A stretch of DNA of 64,000 nucleotides from Alphaproteobacteria bacterium. Lineage in GTDB: Bacteria; Pseudomonadota; Alphaproteobacteria; Rs-D84. This document shows, piece by piece, positions 49,420 to 57,591 of the stretch (position 1 is the stretch's first letter; each line of letters starts with the position of its first letter). The notes under the pieces were generated by a model. It saw only the letters and a program-made list of their open reading frames with translations, did no database searches and was not told the DNA's origin. Both the position numbers and the translations under genes were made by a program. Where the stretch lies: contig JAGBXO010000003.1 in assembly GCA_017629245.1 (NCBI GenBank), positions 65,897-129,896 of the forward strand, written 5' to 3'.

Positions 49420-49442
49420 CCGCCCGATAGGGCGGTTTTTTA
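49420..49442 (+). terminator. Rho-independent terminator (CCGCCCGATAGGGCGG + T6)
   Basis: It is read directly from the sequence, 25 nt after the HTH gene stop. Confidence 0.65.
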
Positions 49443-49631
49443 TTGATATATCACAGTTTTTAGTTTTTTTTAGTGCATGGGGCAGAATTGGATGGATTTT
49501 TAAACTCTGGTTAAAATAAAAAACAACCGCACCCCAATAAAACTGTACCCAATACAAAAATCAAACGGGCAGAGAAATCTAAACAAAAAAACACACAGTT
49601 TGGTGTGTTTTTAAGCGGTTATCTCTTGTTA

Positions 49632-49725
49632 GGATACTAAGGCAAGTCTAAAGTTCCAGATTGCCAATAGTTTCAGACAGTTGGTTTCTAGGCCTGCATC
49701 ACATATCGCCTCGCATAGCATTTTT
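49632..49725. repeat. Repeat R, copy 1 (~94 bp; ~83% identical to 54191-54283)
   Basis: The two copies were aligned by eye and share CCAATAGTTTCAGACAGTTG...CTGCATCACA...CCTC.CATAGCATTTT. The repeat precedes the gene at 49850. Confidence 0.7.
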
Positions 49726-49849
49726 CCAAGTATTATTCAGTTTGTACACGTTTGTTTATTGCTTCGCTACACCAACATCATTATGTTCGCTTCATTTGAT
49801 TTGTTTATTTATTTGTGTTACAATATAGACAAATAAAAAAGGAGAAAAG

Positions 49850-50362
49850 ATGTTTAAAAAAGCTATCAACAAAGTTGAAACCATGAATCAGCTAGAGCAG
49901 ATGCAAAAAGAATTGTCTAAATTGGGTCCCGTGCCAAACGGTAAAGAAATATATGATTATGCAGTCAAATTTTTTAACGTAATTGTAAAGTTTCAAGATA
50001 ATTTTGCCTTGAATATTGATATGTTCCCTAAAACGGTAAAGTCAGCAGAGACTTTAAGACTACATATTACTAATGCTGGACGCGATGAATATGGTTGGGT
50101 TCGTGCCAAACGTGGCGAGCCTGTAACCTTGCATAATCTGTATCTGGGTAATGTATATGGCATTTGGACTGGTACGGCGGCATCGTTCAAAGAATCTTCT
50201 GATAAAGATACTCAACAAATTATTCAAAATCAGATAAAAAGTTTTATAAACAGTCATCGTGAACCTATGATAAGTCTGATTTCAGAAGTCCTGCAAAAAA
50301 ATAACAAACCAGATAATATTTTGGTAAAAGCAGCAATAAAAATGAAATCAAACTCAAAATAA
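49850..50362 (+). CDS. Hypothetical protein (170 aa)
   Basis: An RBS (AAAAGGAG) precedes the ATG. A terminator follows the stop (AAAGAAAGCACCATTTGGTGCTTTCTTT + T-run). No domain was recognised. Confidence 0.45.
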   Translation: MFKKAINKVETMNQLEQMQKELSKLGPVPNGKEIYDYAVKFFNVIVKFQDNFALNIDMFPKTVKSAETLRLHITNAGRDEYGWVRAKRGEPVTLHNLYLGNVYGIWTGTAASFKESSDKDTQQIIQNQIKSFINSHREPMISLISEVLQKNNKPDNILVKAAIKMKSNSK

Positions 50363-50417
50363 AAGAAAGCACCATTTGGTGCTTTCTTTTTAATGATTAC
50401 TCTTTGGTGTAAAAAGT

Positions 50418-50455
50418 TTTTTATTCCTACATCACACAACGCCTCACATAGCATT
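50418..50455. repeat. Repeat R, partial copy 3 (3' 37 bp)
   Basis: CTACATCACACAACGCCTCACATAGCATTTTAACAAG matches the 3' end of R1 (CTGCATCACATATCGCCTCGCATAGCATTTTTCCAAG). Confidence 0.55.
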
Positions 50456-50583
50456 TTAACAAGTTATTTGCACATTGTACATGTCTTTATAAACAAATTA
50501 CTTGGCAGTTTCCTGTAATTATTTAGCCCACAAATTATACCACAATGTATCACAATATGTTTATACGACAACTGTATTATTCG

Positions 50584-50607
50584 ACAAAAACCGCCCATAT
50601 GGGCGGT
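50584..50607 (-). terminator. Rho-independent terminator after the autotransporter gene (ACCGCCCATATGGGCGGT family)
   Basis: On the minus strand the hairpin is followed by TTTTT, directly after the autotransporter stop. Confidence 0.6.
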
Positions 50608-50620
50608 AGTGCCATAATTG

Positions 50621-53600
50621 TTAGAACACATATCTCATCGATAGTGTACCTGCGTGTGAAGTATAATCAGCGTGCCAATTAAAATCATAATTCACACCGA
50701 TTTGCAACCTGTCTATAACTTCGACAGATATACCGCATCCAAACTCAATCCCAAGTTCTCTGTCCAAATCATTGTCAATATATAACTGATTTGCATTTGG
50801 TAGTTGAATTAGTGTCTTTCCGCCATCTACCAATGCGTTATAGGTCGCATTAATGTATAAATTTTGATTTATAGACGTATTATTCACTTTTACAACATCT
50901 GTTAAGCCAACCCCTGCAACCAATGTCATAATATCGCTGTTAGTTTTATCGTGCTTAATCTTCAACGTGTCTGTATAATCATTCTGTGTGATATGGTACA
51001 CTCTAACGCCAGCATTTGGTATGATTGCAATATTGCGTTTGGCCGCCACATCCGTAAACATATGTCCAACGGACAATTGCAGCCCAAACGTATCTGTATC
51101 ATATGATGAATTTAGTGCACGATTCAGCAGATTCTGATTTTGTTGAAAATCAGACATTTCATACATCGCCATTGCGTTATATATCCAATTATCATGATTG
51201 TATTTACCATATGCAAAGAAATTATTGCTATCAACCTGACTATCTGTGACATTTGCGTGCATATTAGTTTTCGAAAAACTATACCCTAAGCCAACAGTTA
51301 AATTTTTTGATATACGACTATCTGCACCAATCATAACACCAAATCCATCCGCATCAAAAGAGATTTTATTATTATGTTTGAATGTTTGGTATAGACCACG
51401 CACCCATAAATCAGGCTGTACGTTATATATATCGCCACCAGAACGACCGTTAGCACTACTATTATCCATAAGCAATAATTGCAATGTATTAAATAGTGTG
51501 TCTGCATGTTGAATCAACATTGTCGTTGTTGTCGCTGACAAATCTCCAATATCACGCATTATAGCACCAATAGTATTATCTCCTAATTGGGCCATGCGAT
51601 TAATATCCTTGGCTACAGAATTAAAGTCTTCATTATTTTCAGATTGTGGCAACATCGCCATCAATATTGCCGCACCTGTTTCTGTAGTGTTAAGTGCATC
51701 TGCAACCTCCGATATGGATTTACGGTTATAAGAAATATTCAATACATTACCTGCATTGGTTATATCCATCGTAACATCGTAGATTGAATTATTTGACTGT
51801 ACAATATTCCAGTCCCCATCTGACAAATCAACACTATTTGCAATAGTGTGTGTTAATTGGCCCGATATAGTGCCATCAAATAAAACACCAACATTCAAAT
51901 TGTTTGTTCCCTGTAATGCGATATTGCCATCAACACTAATGCTATCAGATTGTGCATCAATATACATAGCCAATGTTGCTCCGTCTGACATATTTATATT
52001 GTTTCCAGAGACATTTGCACCATTAATATTTAAGGTCGCATTTTGTGCAATATTGATGGTGCCATCATTCCCCGTCATACCACCATTAATGTTTAACGTC
52101 GCATCTTGTGTCACATTGATAGTACCAGAATTAAAGATATCATTATCGTATACTGACGTACCAATTTGTGTCTTGTTGTTCATAAAATTATTTTGCCCAC
52201 GCATGGTTATTGTGCCAGAATTCCAAATCGCACCACCGCCTGTTAGTGTATCTTGTGAACCAATAACACCGTTATTTAAAAAGGTTGAATCTGTCATGGA
52301 AATTGTACCCATATTCCAGATTGCGCCACCTTGAGCAGTTCCTTGTTTTGCGTTGGCATAGTTTCCATTAAATGTCGCGGTCATATTGTTGATGTTTGCA
52401 ACCGCAGAGCCGTTATGTATCGCACCGCCCTGTGCCCACGATTTGCCATGCTTATTTTCTGCATAATTATCAATAAAATCACCAGACAATTCGCCAATTA
52501 CGCCGTATGAATATATTGCTCCACCCAATCCTGCAACCACATTGTCTGTATCCCAGTTTCCCGATGCATAGTTACCTCGGAACATTACATCCTGCATTGA
52601 TTTGACGGTTGTTGCAGCATTTGAAGCAGTATAAGACGTTGAATAAGCACCACCATATGCGACACCGTTACTATTTACTGCACGGTTTTCAATAAAATCA
52701 ACATTTTTTATCAGGTTAATTAATCCGATCGCACCATTATTCGTTGCAAAGGAATTCTTTATACCACCACCCATCGCGGGTGCATTTTTACTTTCTGTCT
52801 CTGCGACATTCCCTTGGAACAAAGAATTAGAAATTTCTCCGATTATGTTATAGTTGTCTAATGCTCCACCCGACGCATGACCTTCGGGTGCGTTTGTGCC
52901 AGGTTTATATGTTTTATTGTCGATAAATCGTGTATTTGTAATAACACCTATTTCAGAATACTGATTGTTGTCAATAGTTGTGCCGTGTCCACCGCCCTTG
53001 AAATTGGCCTGTGCTGTCATGACATTATCGATAAAATCTACATTTTCAATTCTACCTATTTTGGATGCATTATATATAATTGCACCGTGCGGAGCACTTT
53101 GTGCCGTTTCAAATCGATTGCCTGTAAAAACGGTATCCTTGATAGTAGCAATTTCACCAGCACCCAAATTTGAAATAAGACCACCCCATAAGTCATTTTT
53201 TGGAATAGATCCAACAAAATTATCATTGAACCTAGAGTTTGATATTTCTAAAATTTTACCTTTGTTCAAAATGGAGGCACCACCCCCGACTTCACCAGAA
53301 GACACAAATAATGTATTGTTCAATATCCCAACATTATCTAATGCCAATGTGCCATTATTTATAATCATACGTGGCGTAACGATATCAATTGCAGCCGCTG
53401 GATTGGTCCATGATGTAATATTTTTCAACACAACAGATTGAGATGCAGCAATATCTATATTGGCGGACACTTCAGAAGTGGTTGTAGACATATCCAACAC
53501 AACATTTGCATCCATTTCACTAAGTGCAGCTTTTAATGCCTCGAAAGACGTTAATGTATCGGTCGCATAGCATGGTGCTGCCATTATAGTCAATGCTGTA

Positions 53601-53629
53601 AACGGCATAACAATTCTTGCAATTTTCAT
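50621..53629 (-). CDS. Autotransporter with a Pmp-like GGAI-repeat passenger domain
   Basis: The signal peptide is MKIARIVMPFTALTIMAAPCYA. GGA[IL] repeats recur (GGAIYS, GGAIHN, GGAIWN, GGALDN). The C-terminal beta-barrel ends ...MRYVF. The product is 1002 aa. Confidence 0.75.
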   Translation of the reverse strand: MKIARIVMPFTALTIMAAPCYATDTLTSFEALKAALSEMDANVVLDMSTTTSEVSANIDIAASQSVVLKNITSWTNPAAAIDIVTPRMIINNGTLALDNVGILNNTLFVSSGEVGGGASILNKGKILEISNSRFNDNFVGSIPKNDLWGGLISNLGAGEIATIKDTVFTGNRFETAQSAPHGAIIYNASKIGRIENVDFIDNVMTAQANFKGGGHGTTIDNNQYSEIGVITNTRFIDNKTYKPGTNAPEGHASGGALDNYNIIGEISNSLFQGNVAETESKNAPAMGGGIKNSFATNNGAIGLINLIKNVDFIENRAVNSNGVAYGGAYSTSYTASNAATTVKSMQDVMFRGNYASGNWDTDNVVAGLGGAIYSYGVIGELSGDFIDNYAENKHGKSWAQGGAIHNGSAVANINNMTATFNGNYANAKQGTAQGGAIWNMGTISMTDSTFLNNGVIGSQDTLTGGGAIWNSGTITMRGQNNFMNNKTQIGTSVYDNDIFNSGTINVTQDATLNINGGMTGNDGTINIAQNATLNINGANVSGNNINMSDGATLAMYIDAQSDSISVDGNIALQGTNNLNVGVLFDGTISGQLTHTIANSVDLSDGDWNIVQSNNSIYDVTMDITNAGNVLNISYNRKSISEVADALNTTETGAAILMAMLPQSENNEDFNSVAKDINRMAQLGDNTIGAIMRDIGDLSATTTTMLIQHADTLFNTLQLLLMDNSSANGRSGGDIYNVQPDLWVRGLYQTFKHNNKISFDADGFGVMIGADSRISKNLTVGLGYSFSKTNMHANVTDSQVDSNNFFAYGKYNHDNWIYNAMAMYEMSDFQQNQNLLNRALNSSYDTDTFGLQLSVGHMFTDVAAKRNIAIIPNAGVRVYHITQNDYTDTLKIKHDKTNSDIMTLVAGVGLTDVVKVNNTSINQNLYINATYNALVDGGKTLIQLPNANQLYIDNDLDRELGIEFGCGISVEVIDRLQIGVNYDFNWHADYTSHAGTLSMRYVF

Positions 53630-54007
53630 CTCTTCTCCATTTTTTTATTTTTAATAACAGCCAATTGAATATTGGAGGTCTGGGAGTTAATAAATCAGAA
53701 CATTGTTGAACCCAAAGCCCCAAGTAGAATCCTATTGGATTTAGTTGATATTTTAACACCAATAGGAACAAAAGTCCAATAATGGACTGTTTTTTATTTC
53801 CAACATGAATATTCCGGTACAATGATTCAGGCGTATTCTGATCGTTTTTACCAATTTAACATTGTGTAATTTGGATTAGTCATCATTAAAGGTTAACTTG
53901 ATTTGCTTTAATAATGTTCTGATAGCATTTCTTTTCTGGGTTGTTTCTTGTTCACAGTTGTTTGCTTTATAATAAAACACGTTATTTCTTAGCCAGATAT
54001 TACCTAA

Positions 54008-54029
54008 TGCATCACAGTTTGCATCACAC
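54008..54029. promoter_or_regulatory. Tandem direct repeat TGCATCACAGTT-TGCATCACAC (copy 1 of 3)
   Basis: A 9 bp motif is repeated with 12 bp phasing, 167 bp upstream of the 17 bp att-like core at 54175. Confidence 0.5.
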
Positions 54030-54174
54030 TTTATCATGCTTTTACTCTTGTTTTTGTTGTCCGGTGCGTCAAAGGCTTGGAAAACTAACCTTTTTTGATG
54101 TGATGGCTAAAACTGAAATTGTCTGAAAATAATAAAAAAATCCAACAAAAGTGCTGGATTTCTAAGAAAAATTA

Positions 54175-54191
54175 CTGGTGCCGGTTGTCGG
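54175..54191. repeat. 17 bp att-like core CTGGTGCCGGTTGTCGG (identical to 56080-56096; the 3' end of a tRNA acceptor region)
   Basis: It is an exact 17/17 direct repeat of the core adjacent to the tRNA-Thr fragment near the integrase gene. Confidence 0.7.
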
Positions 54192-54283
54192 GATGTCAAG
54201 GCGAGTCCAAAGTCCAAGATTTCCAATAGTTTCAGACAGTTGATTTCTCAGTCTGCATCACACTTAGCCTCACATAGCATTTT
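54191..54283. repeat. Repeat R, copy 2
   Basis: See copy 1. It immediately follows the att-like core and precedes the gene at 54328. Confidence 0.7.
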
Positions 54284-54327
54284 GATAAAAAATATGATAA
54301 AATAAATGGGATAAAAAAGATTTACAA

Positions 54328-55104
54328 ATGAAATTATTGAATAAGTCTGAAATTTTAAGTGCCTTATCAAAACATCCCATTGGTCGAGGAACCGAGGCGA
54401 CTACATACGATGCTGGTCGCTATGTTGTGCGTGTGCCGCATACTGTAAAAATTGATAAAGCATTCAGGGAAAATCTATCCAACGGTACATACAACTATCA
54501 AAAGGTTGATAATATACACGGTCGCCGCAATTTTGGTCAGCCATTGTATAATTTAACAGACCCAATGTCCGGAACTGTGATGTTGTCTGTTTGTAAAAAG
54601 GTGGATGGAATTACTACAAACGATTTGGTCGAAGAACCATTGACGACAAAACAAAAATCCGATGCGATGGCTGTGGCAATTGAAAAGATGCGCATAATGG
54701 CATCTGCACCACAAAAATCTTATCGCAGGCTGGTTGATGATTTGAATCATCTGGCCGGCACAAACTTTACCATCGACCCGTGCGAGGGGAATATGTTGAT
54801 AAACCCAACCACTGGGCGGTTTTACATTATTGATTTGCGACCTGTTAAAAATGTACGCAATGTGGGTGATTTGATTTTGTTATTGCTGACAGATATTCCA
54901 GACATGCCTGATAATGCCGAGTATTTTGAACTGGAACAAAAGATTGTAAATAAACTGATGCGTGCGGCGCAGTCATGTGGTTTGTCTGTTCCGGAACAGT
55001 TAAAACTGAAACCGCGTGCATTAGAGGTTATAAAATCAGAGGCAGCACGCCAGTTGTATAAAAACAATTATCAGAATATCGCATTACATACGCATTCAAA
55101 ATAA
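54328..55104 (+). CDS. Hypothetical protein with weak protein-kinase-like motifs
   Basis: IGRGTEATTYDAGRYVVRV is Gly-rich-loop plus VAIK-like. NMLINPTTGRFYIIDL is catalytic-loop plus DFG-like. A terminator follows at 55107-55131. Confidence 0.4.
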   Translation: MKLLNKSEILSALSKHPIGRGTEATTYDAGRYVVRVPHTVKIDKAFRENLSNGTYNYQKVDNIHGRRNFGQPLYNLTDPMSGTVMLSVCKKVDGITTNDLVEEPLTTKQKSDAMAVAIEKMRIMASAPQKSYRRLVDDLNHLAGTNFTIDPCEGNMLINPTTGRFYIIDLRPVKNVRNVGDLILLLLTDIPDMPDNAEYFELEQKIVNKLMRAAQSCGLSVPEQLKLKPRALEVIKSEAARQLYKNNYQNIALHTHSK

Positions 55105-55106
55105 CT

Positions 55107-55131
55107 ACCGCCCAATTGGGCGGTGTTTTTA
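55107..55131 (+). terminator. Rho-independent terminator (ACCGCCCAATTGGGCGGT + T5)
   Basis: It is read directly from the sequence. Confidence 0.65.
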
Positions 55132-55136
55132 TTCGT

Positions 55137-55157
55137 GCATCACACTTTGCATCACAG
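55137..55157. promoter_or_regulatory. Tandem direct repeat TGCATCACACTT-TGCATCACAG (copy 2 of 3)
   Basis: It lies between the 3' ends of two convergent genes. Confidence 0.45.
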
Positions 55158-55160
55158 TTT

Positions 55161-55838
55161 TTACCGTTCGAATTTCATATTGTTTTTCAGCCATTCCCCA
55201 GCCTTGTTTAACTCATCAAGTGGCATATTTGATGTTTTATACTCTTGTTGAAATAATTCCTTGCGCAGTTTTTCTGGCATTGCGTCCAGCATTGCTTGCT
55301 GGTCGCCTCTTATATATGCGTCTACAACTGCCTGCAAAGCATGTCCGTGTTCTCGCAACAAGCTCATAAAAGCTCTCGGTAATACGTCAGACCCGATATA
55401 CCCCCCGTCTTTATACCCATGTTTTTGTGCAATTGCATGCGGATGCAAACCGTTTGGTGCCATGCGACAAATGCATCTGTTTCGAATTGAGTTTACAGGT
55501 TTGTGTTGAAATGCTTTATATTTGCTAAGCTCGTTGTCTGTTATGTTTGCGCCTATATAGTCCAGAATCATGTCTTTTGCAGGTTGGAACTTTTTTTCCT
55601 CTGGTTGATATGAATCAAAAATATAATCAACAAATTTAGCCAGTAACTTTGTTAGTTTTGGATTGTTATACGACATGATAACTTGTTCATAAATTTCCGG
55701 CTTAAAATAGCCAGAAGCGGAATATATCAGTCCAACTTTTGGAAATATTTTTTTAGTTTTGTTAAGTTTATCCGCGAAATCCTTCAAGGATATGATATTT
55801 TCCGTGCCTATTGAAAGCTTATTTTTTTTATCGTTCAT
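55161..55838 (-). CDS. Hypothetical protein (225 aa)
   Basis: The ORF begins MNDKKNKLSIG.... No domain was recognised. Confidence 0.45.
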   Translation of the reverse strand: MNDKKNKLSIGTENIISLKDFADKLNKTKKIFPKVGLIYSASGYFKPEIYEQVIMSYNNPKLTKLLAKFVDYIFDSYQPEEKKFQPAKDMILDYIGANITDNELSKYKAFQHKPVNSIRNRCICRMAPNGLHPHAIAQKHGYKDGGYIGSDVLPRAFMSLLREHGHALQAVVDAYIRGDQQAMLDAMPEKLRKELFQQEYKTSNMPLDELNKAGEWLKNNMKFER

Positions 55839-55899
55839 ATTTAATACTCCTATGTATATCCATGCACTAATTTTTTTATTTTATGTAACTATACCACAC

Positions 55900-55921
55900 C
55901 GCATCACTGTTTGCATCACAG
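55900..55921. promoter_or_regulatory. Tandem direct repeat CGCATCACTGTT-TGCATCACAG (copy 3 of 3)
   Basis: It lies 180 bp before the att core at 56080 and about 60 bp upstream of the minus-strand gene start at 55838. Confidence 0.5.
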
Positions 55922-56079
55922 TTTTTGGTGTTTTGGGGTCGTGGGGCGATATTAGGTTGGAATTGCACACCCCGAATAAAATAAAAACTATCTGCCCCGC
56001 AATAAAATTACGATTGGTGCAAAACTCAAAAGAGCAGGAAAACCCAACGAAAAAACGCACCATTTGGTGCATTTTAATT

Positions 56080-56125
56080 CTGGTGCCGGTTGTCGGACTT
56101 GAGCCAACGACCTACTGATTACAAA
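56080..56125 (-). other. tRNA-Thr(UGU)-like 3'-half fragment (anticodon loop through CCA) plus the 17 bp att core; no 5' half
   Basis: The reverse complement TTTGTAA-TCAGT-AGGTC-GTTGG-CTCAAGT-CCGAC-AACCGGC-A-CCA has an anticodon loop (TGT), a 3' anticodon stem, a variable loop, a T-arm and an acceptor 3' strand. The expected 5' partners (ACTGA, GCCGGTT) are absent upstream. Confidence 0.65.
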
Positions 56126-56226
56126 CCGCCCAAACGAGTGTTGAATAACGTTTGTCAACGTTGAATTTTGCTTAGTATTCTGGGCTTTACAGCGGATTTT
56201 AAATTTATTATACTTAAATAAAAATC

Positions 56227-56279
56227 GGTAGCAAAAACTAAAATTTCATACCTGCGGTAGCAAATACGTAGCAAAAAAA
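56227..56279. promoter_or_regulatory. Three GTAGCAAA direct repeats upstream of the integrase gene
   Basis: GGTAGCAAAAA is at 56227, GGTAGCAAATA at 56256 and GTAGCAAAAAAA at 56268, about 30-80 bp before the integrase ATG. Confidence 0.45.
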
Positions 56280-56304
56280 TGGATGAAAAAGGCATCTGAA
56301 AAAT

Positions 56305-57474
56305 ATGAAATCGAACCGCTTTAATTTTACTGAACGTGCACTGGCCGCATTGCCAGTTCCGACGACTGGTTCGGCGGTCTATTATGATGCCGGCTCAATG
56401 GACGGCCTGTGTGTTATTGTAACCTATGGCGGGACCAAAACATACTATGCCTATATGAAGTTCCAGGGTGTTCCCCGTCGCGTTAAAATTGCCCGTGTCG
56501 GTCAGATGAAGTTGATAGAGGCACGAATGAAAGCGCATACACTAAAAGAACGTTCCCTGCGTGGAGAAGACCCGTCGGCCGAACGGCGTGATGCATTGAA
56601 AGACATGACCCTGCGCCAGTACTATGAAAACATTTATGTGCCACAACATTCAATGGTTCATAAAAAGCCTGCGACCGTATACGATGACAACGGACTGTTC
56701 CGTCGCAATATGAAGCCGTTTCATAATCGCCAGATGCGAACGATATCTCAACTGGAGGTATCCCAACTGCACGGTTCCTTGAAACGTAAATGCGGCCTGT
56801 ACAGCGCCAACCGAACCCTGGGCCTGTTGCGCCACATGTATAACAAGGCGTACGAACTGGGCTATCCACGTCGCCTGGAAAATCCGGCACAATATGTCAA
56901 AGCTTTTAAAGAAAAAAGTCGCGACCGCTTTATGTCTCGGGCCGAGCTGGCACGCTTTTTCGAAGCACTTCAATATGCCGAACCCCGTTTCCGTCACTAC
57001 ATCTTGCTGTCATTGTTCCTGGGGCAACGGCGCAGTAGTATCTTGGCATTGCGCTGGGGCGATATAGATTTTGAAAACGATATTGTGCGATTTGTTGATA
57101 CCAAGAATGGCGATACTGTTAACACACCCATGACGGACCAGGCCCGTGAAATACTGATACAAATGTACAGAACAGCTGGGGATAATCCGTGGCTGTTCCC
57201 CAGCAGCACCAGCAAAAGTGGCCATATCGAAGAGCCTAAACGTGCGTGGAATGCACTGCTGAAACGTGCGAATATTGAAAACCTTCGCATCCATGACCTG
57301 CGCCGCACAATGGGCAGTTACCAGGCCATCACCGGATCCAGCCTGCACATCATCGGCCAGTCGCTGGGGCATCGGTCCACCGCCGCCACCCAAATCTATG
57401 CCAGATTATCCTGTGATCCGGTCCGTGAATCCATGCAACGCGCCACCAATTCAATGCTGGGATTGTTGGGATAA
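56305..57474 (+). CDS. int: Tyrosine site-specific integrase (P4-type)
   Basis: The N-terminal arm-binding-like region is MKSNRFNFTERALAALP...YYD. The C-terminal catalytic residues are R...HDLRRT...GHRSTAATQIYARL (R-H-R-Y). Confidence 0.85.
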   Translation: MKSNRFNFTERALAALPVPTTGSAVYYDAGSMDGLCVIVTYGGTKTYYAYMKFQGVPRRVKIARVGQMKLIEARMKAHTLKERSLRGEDPSAERRDALKDMTLRQYYENIYVPQHSMVHKKPATVYDDNGLFRRNMKPFHNRQMRTISQLEVSQLHGSLKRKCGLYSANRTLGLLRHMYNKAYELGYPRRLENPAQYVKAFKEKSRDRFMSRAELARFFEALQYAEPRFRHYILLSLFLGQRRSSILALRWGDIDFENDIVRFVDTKNGDTVNTPMTDQAREILIQMYRTAGDNPWLFPSSTSKSGHIEEPKRAWNALLKRANIENLRIHDLRRTMGSYQAITGSSLHIIGQSLGHRSTAATQIYARLSCDPVRESMQRATNSMLGLLG

Positions 57475-57591
57475 ATGAATATCGATCAATAGTTTGTGGT
57501 TGTGTTTGTTGAATAAGGTTTTTTAATTCCTTGAAAAATGTGCTTTTATGATTGATTATAGGCTTATAATTACTAAAGGTTTTATAACGGC

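Noticed and set aside
53520-54126. Small ORFs 53520-53822 (-) and 53941-54126 (+) in the 700 bp spacer upstream of the autotransporter
   Set aside because: They have no RBS, unusual Cys/His-rich composition, and overlap the TGCATCACA repeat and the autotransporter start region. They are more likely non-coding regulatory or arm-site DNA.
56080-56170. Possible intact tRNA gene on the minus strand next to the integrase
   Set aside because: Only the anticodon loop, 3' anticodon stem, variable loop, T-arm and acceptor 3' strand are present. The complementary 5' acceptor strand (GCCGGTT) and 5' anticodon stem (ACTGA) are absent, so this is a 3'-half att fragment and not a gene.
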